DNA of 33,623 bases from Malassezia furfur (lineage: Eukaryota), in assembly GCA_052055015.1 (NCBI GenBank), contig JBQJIT010000002.1; one strand, 5' to 3'. The position numbers were made by a program, and so were the translations under genes. Under the pieces are notes generated by a model that was not told where the DNA came from, searched no databases, and saw nothing but the letters and a program-made list of their open reading frames with translations. Shown here one piece after another: positions 1 to 9,694 of the stretch. Numbering within the stretch: the first letter of the stretch is position 1; every line of letters begins with the position of its first letter.

Positions 1-1
1 A

Positions 2-91
2 GTCTTGCTGGGCCTCGTCGGCGGCGCGTTCCTCGCGCTGGAGAACCGGTTGTATGTATTCCGCCGCGGTAGTTCTTCCTCCACTCGGTAG
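2..91 (+). CDS. 3' end of an upstream gene (partial, hydrophobic C-terminal segment)
   Basis: Open frame from the window start reads VLLGLVGGAFLALENRLYVFRRGSSSSTR* and ends at TAG 89-91. No family recognised. Confidence 0.4.
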   Translation, partial: VLLGLVGGAFLALENRLYVFRRGSSSSTR

Positions 92-115
92 CGCGCCTCC
101 ACGACGCGTCGGACC

Positions 116-1223
116 ATGTCTTCGAGCGCGGCCAAGGGCTACCAGTTGCCCTGGTACGTAGCGCTGCATGTGTGCCGCTGACCACAGGGTGGAAAAGTAC
201 CGACCGCGGCGTCTGGAGGATGTCGTGGGCAATGCGCCGACGATCGAGCGGTTGCGTGTGATCGAAGAAAACGGCAACTGCCCGCACCTGCTAGTGTCGG
301 TGCGTGTCGCAGACTCACGCAGGGCCTGCCCGGTATCGGCAAGACGACGAGTGTACATTGCCTTGCGCGTGCCCTGCTGGGTGATGCATACAAGGAGGCG
401 GTGTTGGAGCTGAACGCGTCCGACGACCGGTAGGTATCATGGGCTGACGTGCAGCGGCATCGATGTGGTGCGCAACAAGATCAAGGTGTTTGCCCAGAAA
501 AAAGTGTCGCTGCCCCCCGGGCGGCACAAGATCATCATTTTGGATGAGGCAGACAGGTGGGTGGCACGGCGCTGACGCAGCATGACGCCCGGTGCGCAGC
601 AGGCGCTGCGCCGAACGATGGAGATTTATGCCAACACGACGCGGTTCTGCTTCGCGTGCAATCAGTCAAACAAGATCATTGAGCCGATCCAGAGTCGCTG
701 TGCCATTTTGCGGTTTGGGCGTGTCTCGGACGAGGAGTTGCTGCGCCGGCTGGTGGAGATCTGCAAGGCGGAGCACGTCGAGTACGCCGACGAGGGCCTC
801 GCCGCGATCGTGTTTACGGCCGAGGGCGACATGCGCCAAGCGATCAACAACCTGCAGTCGACGTGGACAGGCCAAGGGTTCGTCAGCGCAGACAACGTGT
901 TCAAGGTGTGCGACCAGCCGCACCCGATGCTGCTGCACGAGCTGCTGACCGCGTGCCACCGCGGCGAGATCGATGCAGCGCTCGACAAGCTCGATGAGGT
1001 GTGGACGCTTGGGTACTCGGCACTGGATATTGTCACGACCCTGTTCCGCGTGGTGAAGACCATGGACGAGCTGCCGGAGCCGGTCAAGCTCGAGTACATC
1101 CGCGAGATCGGCTGGACGCACATGCGCGTGCTCGAGGGCGTCGGCACGCTGCTGCAGCTGAGCGGCCTGGTGGCGCGCCTCGCGAATCAGGCTATGGACC
1201 CACAGCGTTTCGTGATTGCATAA
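116..1223 (+). CDS. RFC4: Replication factor C small subunit (yeast Rfc4 / human RFC2 type), 333 aa
   Basis: Exons 116-153, 188-299, 323-429, 455-556, 581-1223; introns of 34, 23, 25 and 24 nt. Splicing restores PWVEKYRP, Walker [44 protein letters not shown] and the SRC motif. Confidence 0.95.
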
Positions 1224-1272
1224 TGCGTAGCGAGTCCTGCGTTCCATGCACAAAGAGAGCGTGTCTATGTAC

Positions 1273-4200
1273 CTATGCGTCGCCCGCGCGATACGCGCGC
1301 CCGGCCGACAACCCCCGCGTGGTGTCGTCGGCGTAGCCTGTCGCCGACGACGCGCGGCCCAGCCCCGCGCGCAGCTCTGCATTATCCTGGCGCAATTTGA
1401 GATGCTCGTCCTTGAGCCGGCGGAGCATGTTTTCCGTATTTCGCACAAATTGGACCGCGGTCAGATAGTCGTTCTCGAGCTGCGTCGTGCGTTCCTGGTG
1501 CGCGGCGGTGGCCTCTTCGAGGCGCGTCTCGGCCTCGAGCGCGCGTGCGCGCAGCGACTCAAGCTCGGCACGCGATGCGGAGGCCTCGCGTGCGCGCGCG
1601 TCGCGCTGCTGGCGCTCGAGGTCGAGATGCATCTGCTGCAGCTGGTCGCGCGCCAGCTCCAAGTCGCGCGTGGCGCGCTCGGCGATGCCGCGGCACTCGT
1701 CGAGCTCGCGCTGGAGCTGGGCAGTCTGCCGGTCATGCAGGTAGTCGGGGCGCTTGAGCGTCTCCTCGTCGGGGATCTCGACGTGGTTCTCGGCGAGGAG
1801 GCGGCGCAGCGCCAAGTTCTTGACGTGCGCCTCCTCGAGCTCGCGCGCGTGCGCCTCGGTAGAGCTGCGCGAGGTCTGCGACTGGTCGCGCACCTGCGCA
1901 AGCTCGTGGAGCGCCTGTGCGAGCTGCTTGCGCTGCGCGGTAACCTCACCGAACAGTTTGTTGTTGGTGCGCTGCAGCTGGTTGCTGCGCTCGGTCGCCT
2001 GTTGCAGCGAGGCGGCCATGTTCTGCACCGCGGCGCGCGACTCCTCGTGGAGTTGCCGCATGGCCAGCGCCTCGTCCTGCAGTGCCTGCACATGCTCGAG
2101 ATGCTGCTGCGAGACGTCGCCGCGCGTGTCCTGCGCTGCATCGCGCTGCGTACCCTGCGACTGCTGCAGTGCAAGCAACTGCGCGAGACCGCCCGTAGCC
2201 GCCTCGCGGTGCGCCTGCGCCTCGCGCTGCAGGTTGCTCACGATCGACTCGAGCTCGGCGACGACCGCCGCCTGCTGCTCGAGCTGCCCGTTCTTCATGG
2301 CGAGCTCCGCAACGCGCGCCTGCAAGTCGGTGCGCAGCTGCATCACCGTCTGGCTCTGCGCCTCGGCCTGCCGCTGGTGCTCGGCGCGCTGCCGCTCGTA
2401 CTCGGCGGTGCGCGCATGCGCCGCACTGAGCGCCTCTTGGAACTGGGCCAGCGTCGCACGGCTCGTGTCGGCTGAGCGGCTCTTGCTCGTGACACTCTGC
2501 TCGAGCGAGTCGCGCTCCGCCTGGTACTGCGCCAGGGACGAGGAGAGCGAGGAGATTTGCGCGGTTTGGTCGCGCAGCAGCGACTCGGTGACGTACGAGT
2601 GTTTTTGCAGCGTCGAGTACTCGTCGTACACCTTGATGTGCGCCTCCTCTGCCGCAACCGCCCGCTTGGTCGTCTCGCTCAGCCGGTCTTCGACCAGCGA
2701 GCGCAGGCGCGACTCGAGCTTCGCCTGGTCCACCAGCACGCTCACCTTGCGCTCAAGCTCCGTGTTCTCCTGCGTGGCGGTTGCCAGCAGCTTCTCGAGC
2801 TGGGCAACACGCTGCCGCTCGATCATTACCCGCTCCTCGACGTTGGTCGACTCGCTGGCAACCAGCTTCGCGCGGTAGTACGCGGCCTCTTGCAGCGCCG
2901 CAATGCGCGCGCGCTCCTGGCTCGCAATGCGTACCTCCTCGGCCTTGATCTGCTCGCCGAGGTCCGCACGGACCGAAGACACCTGCGTCTTGAGCGTGAG
3001 CAGCGACTTGATCATCGCTTCGCGCTCCGAGCCCTCGGCACCGACGTCGAGCTGCTCCACGGCCAGCGCATCGTTGACCGTCGGCAGCACCACACCCTGC
3101 TTCGCGGCAATCGCAAGCATCGAAGAGAGCCATAGCTCGCGGGTCCCAGGGGGGTCGCTCGCCTCGAGCAGGCCGCTCGCCTTCTCGGCCTCCCCAGGCG
3201 GCACCTCGACGGGCGCAGCACTCGGCCCAGTCGCCTGCGTCACGGGCGGCGCCGGCGGCGGAATCGCCGGCGGGCCCTGCGGCGCACGCGGCACGGCCGA
3301 CACGGGTGCCGCGGAGGGGGGCGCCGTGGAGGAGGGCGCCGTGGAGGCAGGCGGCGCATCGGTGCTTGCGACGCGATTCAAGTACACGGCCGTGTCGAGC
3401 GGCGGCGCAGCGTGTGGCACCGCATCGTCCGCATCGGTGGCCGGTGTGCGCGTCGCTGCCGCCAGCGCATCCGACGTCGGTGGCGCCGAAAGAGTGCCGT
3501 ACGTCGACGACGACGACGCACCGGACGGCTGAGGCCCCGTATACGGCGACGGCTGCGGTGGTGGTGCATACAGCCCCGCGCTCGAGGCGCCGCGTGTTGT
3601 GTCCACAGGCGTAGTGTTGGCCGGTGGCACAGGCGTCTGCATCGGCGGCGTCGCAGCACGCACCGGCGGCTGCGACTGCGGCGTGGGTGGTGCCGGCACA
3701 TTGGTCGCGGCGACCCCGGCTGCAGCGGGCGGCGCGCTCGGTGGTGCGCTGGGTGCGGGCTGCTGCGAGCTGCTCTCTTCGCTTTTGGAGTTGGAGCGCT
3801 CAGCCTTGGCGGGGTACTTGATCTTGGACGTGTCAAGCACATGCAGCGTTGTAGGGTCGTCCTGCGCTGCGCCCGTGAACGACTCGCCACCCACGACGAG
3901 GATCCGGTTCTGCGTGGTGACCATGGTGTGTCCCGAGCGCCCAAACGGGGCAGGGCCCATGTGGGCAAACATAAACCAGCGGTGGCTCGAAATCTTGAAG
4001 CTTGCCAAGTCGCCGAGGTCGTTGCCGTCGACGCCACGGCCGCCGAAGATGTACATGATGTCGTCGACCATGCACGCTGCGTGGCCCTCGCGCGGCGCAG
4101 GAATGTACCCGACGCACTTGAGCTCGGTCCAGGTCTGCGTCGCGAGGTCAAAGCACCACGTGTCGTTGTAGTGGTAGTTGCCATCCGTGCCGCCAAAGAT

Positions 4201-5412
4201 GTACAACCGGTCGCGGTACACCACCGCCGAGTGGCCCGTCCGCCGCGCGGGCGCCGGACCCGTGGGCCGAACGAGCTCCCAGGTGGGCGTACCCTTGAGG
4301 CTGTTCAGGTCAAAGCGCCACAGCTCGTCAAAGAAGGTCGTCTCCACTTGCCCGCCGAACACGAGCAGGTTGGAGCCGACGATCGAGAGCGAATGGCCAT
4401 AGCGGCCCACCGGGCCCGCACCTGTGTCGGACCCCGCCAGGACGCGCGTCCATTCGCGGTTGTTTAAGTTGAGCAAATAGAGCGCCTCGTCCTGCTTGTC
4501 CTCGGCCCGGATCTTGGTGTCACCTCCCCACAACACAAACACGTTGGACACCAGCACCGCGGCGTGGCCGACACGCGGCAGCGGCGCCTGGCCAGACGTC
4601 TGCACCAGCGTCGCATTCAGGCTCACATCCATCTTCATTCCCGTCGACCGCTGCACCTGGATCGGCTCCACACCCATGATGTACATGTCGTTCTTGACGC
4701 TGTCACGCACCAAGCCACCAAAGATGTACACCTCGTTGTTTGCGCTTGTCGCCTGGTTCGTCGCGTGGCCGTACCGCGGAAAGGGCGGCGGACTCAGCAC
4801 TCCCGCCGGTGCGCGGCGGTTCTCGTCGAGGAACCGCGGAGGGTTCATCGTGATCTGCTTCTTGCCCCACGGGTACACAATGTTTTGCTGTCGTGCACGG
4901 TCCGGCGTCGACGGCGCACCAGGCGTCGCGGCGCCCGGCGCCGGCACAGATGGCGCCGGCGCGGGCGGCGCACTCGCCGAGGTATTCGGAGCACCGGCGC
5001 CGCCCTGGCTTGTCAACGGATCGTCCACCGATGCGCCGGCGCTCGGCGCGCCCTGAACGGCAGGCGAGCCTCCCTCAAAACCGGCCGACGCACCGGGACT
5101 CGACGCGTCGGGAGGGAGACGCGCAGCGTACATGGGGTTTGGCGCGCCGCCATGAAACATCGGACGCGACCCATCGTCGCGCGACCCACGCATCGGGGCA
5201 CCTTGGTCTGTCGGCATCGACTGGCTCAGCATTGGTATGGGGGAGGCACCCAGGTTCGCTGCGGGAAAACCCTCGGAACGCACGGGTGCCTGCACCCCGT
5301 CCAGAGACACCGCTTCATGGGGTTCGCTTTCGGAGCGCGTATGCGACACGATCCGCGACACAAACCCGGGCCGGTCCTTCTCAGCAGACCGCTTCTTCCC
5401 AAAGATGCCCAT
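1273..5412 (-). CDS. Kelch-repeat cell-polarity protein with C-terminal coiled coil (Kel1/Tea1-like), 1379 aa
   Basis: First ATG at 5412. Kelch repeats (PRYGHA..YIFGG, PRVGHA..LWGG, RYGHS..VFGG, RTGHS..YIFGG, PREGHA..YIFGG, RSGHT..VVGG), a Pro/Ala-rich linker and a long heptad-rich C-terminus. Confidence 0.88.
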   Translation of the reverse strand: MGIFGKKRSAEKDRPGFVSRIVSHTRSESEPHEAVSLDGVQAPVRSEGFPAANLGASPIPMLSQSMPTDQGAPMRGSRDDGSRPMFHGGAPNPMYAARLPPDASSPGASAGFEGGSPAVQGAPSAGASVDDPLTSQGGAGAPNTSASAPPAPAPSVPAPGAATPGAPSTPDRARQQNIVYPWGKKQITMNPPRFLDENRRAPAGVLSPPPFPRYGHATNQATSANNEVYIFGGLVRDSVKNDMYIMGVEPIQVQRSTGMKMDVSLNATLVQTSGQAPLPRVGHAAVLVSNVFVLWGGDTKIRAEDKQDEALYLLNLNNREWTRVLAGSDTGAGPVGRYGHSLSIVGSNLLVFGGQVETTFFDELWRFDLNSLKGTPTWELVRPTGPAPARRTGHSAVVYRDRLYIFGGTDGNYHYNDTWCFDLATQTWTELKCVGYIPAPREGHAACMVDDIMYIFGGRGVDGNDLGDLASFKISSHRWFMFAHMGPAPFGRSGHTMVTTQNRILVVGGESFTGAAQDDPTTLHVLDTSKIKYPAKAERSNSKSEESSSQQPAPSAPPSAPPAAAGVAATNVPAPPTPQSQPPVRAATPPMQTPVPPANTTPVDTTRGASSAGLYAPPPQPSPYTGPQPSGASSSSTYGTLSAPPTSDALAAATRTPATDADDAVPHAAPPLDTAVYLNRVASTDAPPASTAPSSTAPPSAAPVSAVPRAPQGPPAIPPPAPPVTQATGPSAAPVEVPPGEAEKASGLLEASDPPGTRELWLSSMLAIAAKQGVVLPTVNDALAVEQLDVGAEGSEREAMIKSLLTLKTQVSSVRADLGEQIKAEEVRIASQERARIAALQEAAYYRAKLVASESTNVEERVMIERQRVAQLEKLLATATQENTELERKVSVLVDQAKLESRLRSLVEDRLSETTKRAVAAEEAHIKVYDEYSTLQKHSYVTESLLRDQTAQISSLSSSLAQYQAERDSLEQSVTSKSRSADTSRATLAQFQEALSAAHARTAEYERQRAEHQRQAEAQSQTVMQLRTDLQARVAELAMKNGQLEQQAAVVAELESIVSNLQREAQAHREAATGGLAQLLALQQSQGTQRDAAQDTRGDVSQQHLEHVQALQDEALAMRQLHEESRAAVQNMAASLQQATERSNQLQRTNNKLFGEVTAQRKQLAQALHELAQVRDQSQTSRSSTEAHARELEEAHVKNLALRRLLAENHVEIPDEETLKRPDYLHDRQTAQLQRELDECRGIAERATRDLELARDQLQQMHLDLERQQRDARAREASASRAELESLRARALEAETRLEEATAAHQERTTQLENDYLTAVQFVRNTENMLRRLKDEHLKLRQDNAELRAGLGRASSATGYADDTTRGLSAGRAYRAGDA

Positions 5413-5636
5413 CGTCAAGGCACCGTATCGTCAAGACGGCGGACGTGCGGGGGGGACAGGCACAATCTCCCAGCGAACGGGTCGGTGTGTATACGGAGAG
5501 GATAGGAAGCGCGGCGCGGCGGGTGTAGATGTGCGCCTTGCCACGCGCCGGCGCTCGACCTGCAGATTTTACGCGGGGGGGCACCTGCATCCCGCACTGC
5601 ACTAACCGGCAGGTGCAGCTACCTGCAGCATCTATG

Positions 5637-5656
5637 CACGTGGACCCACGTGGACC
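5637..5656. promoter_or_regulatory. Tandem CACGTGGACC x2 (two E-boxes 10 bp apart) in a divergent promoter
   Basis: Direct repeat seen in the sequence between the ATGs at 5412 (-) and 5683 (+). Function is inferred. Confidence 0.45.
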
Positions 5657-5682
5657 CAACGCCAGGGTTGCGGTGCAACACC

Positions 5683-6503
5683 ATGCTTCGGTGGTTAGGG
5701 TGTGTGTGGTGGCTTGTGCTTGTGGGCGTCTGCGCCGTTCACGCACACCGGCAGGAGACCCAGGGGCGCGCGAGCCCGGTGACTGCCGCAACACCAGGCG
5801 TAAAGGCGCCGGCAACGCCCACCCCATCCTGGCTCGCATACCATCGCGCCGCGCCCACCCTGGTGCCGCGCCAAAACGCCGGCACCACCAGCACGACGTC
5901 GGGCAGCAGCAGCGGTAGCAGCAGCAGCAGCGATGATGATGATAGACTCCCTGCTGGTGGCCTCACCGTCACGCAGCCAGCGCAGACCGCTGACGAGTCC
6001 TACTACAAGATCGCGCCGCACGAGACAGTCACGTTCGGATGGTCGTTCACCTCGCTCAAGACTCAGCCGGACCGTTTATTTGTGGTTGCATCGTGCTCGC
6101 AGAATGGATACACGTACCCGATTGCACCCTCGCCCCAAGGCATCCCCGGCGATGCGACGAGCGTCACTTGGTACCCCTATGGCTACCGCCTGAGCGCACA
6201 GGCCAATGGCCAGCCGGACCTGGCCGCGGCCAAGTACCGTCTCGTGATCTACGACGAGGAAGGACCGTCTGCCGCAGCCAGAGGCGGGCGTTTCTCGCCA
6301 AACAACGCGGTAGAATTCGCGATGTACTTCCCTCAAGCCTATACCCCTCTCGCTGGTACGTGTCTCTACCGTGCTTACATGCAGAATGGAACTGTCCATC
6401 GTGCAATGGTGCATCTGCGCTCTCCCTACGTTCACCGCTGGTCGTTGGTATCGGGAGTACGCTGCTCGTCGGCGCGCTCTCCACGCTTTGGCTCCTCCCG
6501 TAG
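5683..6503 (+). CDS. Secreted, probably GPI- or membrane-anchored fungal protein (DUF7137-like, family name from memory), 263 aa
   Basis: Signal peptide MLRWLGCVWWLVLVGVCAVHA, Ser/Thr-rich linker and a conserved-looking domain (YYKI..VTFGWSFTSL..ASCS). Intron 6356-6384 (29 nt) restores YTPLAEWNCPSC followed by a hydrophobic C-terminal tail. Confidence 0.75.
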
Positions 6504-6711
6504 CAACAAAAAGTGTTATTCACGTGACCAACGCGACGCGTCTGCCCGTTCTGTTTGTTGGGCTCGGCCGAAGAGAGTGTTGTGTTGCGCGGATCGGCGA
6601 GGCCTCCATCTTCTTGCAGCTGCAATCTCCCCAGAGCCGGTGCGGCCGCGCTCACTTGCACGGCTTGTTGTGGACTCGGACGCCGAAGTCGCAACCCTAT
6701 TTGTGCACAAG

Positions 6712-8616
6712 ATGCTGCCGAGTCCTGCGTTAGAATCGAGCAGCGGCGCGCTCCCGTCGCGCGAACCGTGGATGTGGGCCGCGCCGCCGATGGCCGGTGC
6801 GGGCGGGATCTCGGGTCCCAACACAGCAGCGTATTGGGACATGAGTGCCGCCGAGCGTACCGGCGGCTCCCCTTCACGCTATTCCATGTATCGTCCAGAC
6901 GCAGAGCATGCGCAGTTCTTTGCGCATCATCCCCACGCTGCGTCGGCACCCGCTGCGTCGCAATTCTTTTCCGCACCGCCCGCGCCCATGCTTCCCTATG
7001 GCATGCCCATGCACCCCGAGCTCATGCAGCATCTCCACCGTATGGGCGGTGGTGGCATGAACGGATACGCATTTATGCCCATCCCCGGCTACTCCATGGT
7101 CGACCATGCTCAGATGCCGATGTTGATGCACATGCCCCCCATGGGCAGCACCCCCTACCGCTTTGGCTCCGACGAAAAGACGCCGGGGCTGCTTGGACTC
7201 GATGCCGATCGCCGCGATGCGTCGCTCGAGGAAGCTTGGGACCGCCTGCGCTCCGAGGAGCCAGACCCACGTGATCATAACATGGAGGAGCTGCTGGCGC
7301 TCTCGCGCCAGGCGCAACTTGAGGCCGGCGGAAATACCAACGTGTTTGTGTGCCCGCACTGCGAAAAGCGCTATGTGGGAAAGCATGCGCGGAGCATTTG
7401 GCGCCGCCATCTGCAGGACAAGCACGCGATTCCCCTCAGCGTTCAACCCCGGCGGACGCGCTGGGACCGCGACGCGAACCGCCCGCGCAACGCTGAGGAG
7501 CGCCGCGAGCGCATGTTGGAGAGCAAGCGTCGGTGGGCGCGTAAGAAGCGCGAGCAGGAGCGCCGCGCCGCGAGTGCCGGGCGCGCCGAGTCGGAGAACC
7601 CGACCGAGACCCCTGCGCCGGAAGAGACCAAAGCCCCGTCTCCACCGACGCCCGTGCGCCCGACGCCCAAGCGTCCCGCCCTGGCGTCACGCGACCTCAA
7701 TGTGCCCGTGCACCGTGCCGAGCTGGTCAAGTCGCCGGCCGAGTCCAAGATTGCGTCGCCGATGCGCCTGCTGCACTCGACACCGCTTCGCGAGTGGCCT
7801 GCGCCGCCGGTCGCGCGCAGTCCCGAGCCAGGGCACGAGCCGATGAAGCGCACCACGGCGGCGCCCGCGTCGCTGAGCAAGCGCAGCGCGCTGGACCGTG
7901 CTGCGCTCGCCTCCTTTTCGCGTGTGGAGCCGTCCCCACGTGTATTCCCCCCGTCTGCGAGCAAGTTCGAGTCGCGCCTGGCATACAGCGACTTGCAGGG
8001 CAGTCCGCTGGCGCCCTCGCTGAAGCGCGACGGGCGCACGGGCGATCAGTTCTCGAGCCCACAACACCTGAACCTCACCCATTCGCTTGGACTTGCGCCC
8101 CACTCAGCGTCGAAGAACAGCGGCAACTTCGGCGGAATGTACCCGGGTGTAAGCATGACGCCCATGCAGGGCGGCATTACGCCGTACACCAAGATGCCCC
8201 TCGGCCTCACCCCCACGATCGGCGGCTTGTTGCGCGGCGACATGGCCGGTATGCCGCCGAACGCAGGCGGCTCAACCTTTTTGCAGAACGCGGGCGACTT
8301 GTCCATGTCGAGCTATCTGATGAACTACTCGGGCCTCGACACGCCCTCGGTGAATATCGCACGGAGCGCACGGCGCCGGCGCCACGCCGACGCCTCGTTC
8401 CACTCCTCGTCCGAACGCGAAGAGGAGGAAGAGTTGAACGACGAGAACGACCAACGCAACGCCTCGCCGTCCATCCGAGCACGCCCGCGGAGCTCGCTCG
8501 CCAAACCACTTACCCACGAGACACCATCCAAGGTGCCCCCTTCTGTGCGCTCCATCAAATTGCCTACACCACGGAGCCCCTGGCATCGCACCCCGCACAA
8601 CCATCGCCTTCGGTAG
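6712..8616 (+). CDS. Mostly low-complexity protein with one C2H2-type zinc finger and a basic helix; putative transcription factor, 634 aa
   Basis: FVCPHCEKRYVGKHARSIWRRHLQDKH followed by RERMLESKRRWARKKR and many S/T-P sites. Start taken as the first ATG after the upstream gene. Confidence 0.7.
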   Translation: MLPSPALESSSGALPSREPWMWAAPPMAGAGGISGPNTAAYWDMSAAERTGGSPSRYSMYRPDAEHAQFFAHHPHAASAPAASQFFSAPPAPMLPYGMPMHPELMQHLHRMGGGGMNGYAFMPIPGYSMVDHAQMPMLMHMPPMGSTPYRFGSDEKTPGLLGLDADRRDASLEEAWDRLRSEEPDPRDHNMEELLALSRQAQLEAGGNTNVFVCPHCEKRYVGKHARSIWRRHLQDKHAIPLSVQPRRTRWDRDANRPRNAEERRERMLESKRRWARKKREQERRAASAGRAESENPTETPAPEETKAPSPPTPVRPTPKRPALASRDLNVPVHRAELVKSPAESKIASPMRLLHSTPLREWPAPPVARSPEPGHEPMKRTTAAPASLSKRSALDRAALASFSRVEPSPRVFPPSASKFESRLAYSDLQGSPLAPSLKRDGRTGDQFSSPQHLNLTHSLGLAPHSASKNSGNFGGMYPGVSMTPMQGGITPYTKMPLGLTPTIGGLLRGDMAGMPPNAGGSTFLQNAGDLSMSSYLMNYSGLDTPSVNIARSARRRRHADASFHSSSEREEEEELNDENDQRNASPSIRARPRSSLAKPLTHETPSKVPPSVRSIKLPTPRSPWHRTPHNHRLR

Positions 8617-8656
8617 CCGTGTATTTTGTAATCCCTTTCCTTTGTCTTTGCTCCAC

Positions 8657-9676
8657 ATGGCCTTGGCGCGACTCGCGGTGTATGAGGCGCTCGGTGCACA
8701 GCGCCGGTGCCTCGACCTGCGCGCCGACGTCTCAGCAGGGCATCTTCGGCATGCCGTGCATGTCGCGCGCCTTGCATCGCTCAAGGCACGCTTCAGTACC
8801 TTGCCCAAACGCGGCGTACCGTTTCTGGTCGTGTGCGACGGCGAGGAACTTGCGGACGTCGTCCATGCCTTTGTCCCGCCTGAGCGGTGGAATATTGTGG
8901 CGATCCTGGGCATTGGCGCTCGCGATGCACCGCCGTGTGTACACCCGTGCTACGCGCTGTCGTGGGACGCACTCCGTGCGTGGGCTGTCGAGCGAGATGA
9001 ATGGACCACGGCGCACGATCCGCACCTCCTCTTTTCGCCCGCACCCGTTGTCGAACGCGTACTGCAGGGATGGGAGCCGCCGTACGATGCATGTCTTCTG
9101 GACATGGGGTGCGGCGCAGGGCGCGACGTCACCTACCTTCTTGTGGAAGGGCGTCGTCGGTCGGCGGCCTGGCGCGCGACCGCCGTCGATCGCTGGCGTG
9201 CTGCGCTCGACCGTGCCGCACTTCTGTTGCGCGACAACAACCTCCTAGAGGGCTCCGGTGCGCGTGCTGATGCGCTCCTGCCCATGAGTGTGCTCGACGA
9301 CGGGCAGGTGCAGCTCCATGGGCGCCGCTTTGCGTTCGCCGATGCGCCGCTCCCGCACACAAGCTATACCCTCATTTTGCTCATCCGGTTCTGGCACAGA
9401 CCACTGTTAGAGGCACTTCCGGCGCGTACAGCGCCCGGAACCCGCGTGGTGCTGAGCCACTTTGTGCACACCCCTGAGCAGATCGACGTGCCGCGTACCG
9501 CAACGTTTGTCGCCTACGAATCGCCGCCGCCGTCGGCACGCATCCAACCGGGTGACGTGGATACCCTACTTGCGCTCTGGAATAAGCACCAGTGCTGGCA
9601 CACCATAGACAACCGCATCGAGCCCGTCGAGGACGGTCGGCCCGTGCAGAGCGTCGTGCTGCAGCGGCTTCGGTAG
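8657..9676 (+). CDS. Rhodanese-like domain fused to a class I SAM-dependent methyltransferase (TehB-like), 339 aa
   Basis: N-terminal LDLR....GHLRHAVH...LP.R..PFLVVCD pattern (rhodanese-like), motif I LLDMGCGAGRD and ATAVD. Intronless. Confidence 0.7.
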   Translation: MALARLAVYEALGAQRRCLDLRADVSAGHLRHAVHVARLASLKARFSTLPKRGVPFLVVCDGEELADVVHAFVPPERWNIVAILGIGARDAPPCVHPCYALSWDALRAWAVERDEWTTAHDPHLLFSPAPVVERVLQGWEPPYDACLLDMGCGAGRDVTYLLVEGRRRSAAWRATAVDRWRAALDRAALLLRDNNLLEGSGARADALLPMSVLDDGQVQLHGRRFAFADAPLPHTSYTLILLIRFWHRPLLEALPARTAPGTRVVLSHFVHTPEQIDVPRTATFVAYESPPPSARIQPGDVDTLLALWNKHQCWHTIDNRIEPVEDGRPVQSVVLQRLR

Positions 9677-9694
9677 CCTCCACATTTCCCCTCC

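Noticed and set aside
5531..5612. Possible 5'-UTR intron ending CACTAACCGGCAG
   Set aside because: The nearest consensus donor gives about 82 nt, far outside the local size range, and there is no coding constraint to test it.
5902..5943. (AGC)n and (GAT)n short repeats
   Set aside because: They encode a Ser/Asp linker in a CDS. They are not a CRISPR array or mobile element, and none was seen in the window.
5650..8616. A single 988-aa gene as given in the ORF track
   Set aside because: Better explained as two genes: a canonical 29-nt intron gives the first gene a CxxC motif and a hydrophobic tail ending at 6503.
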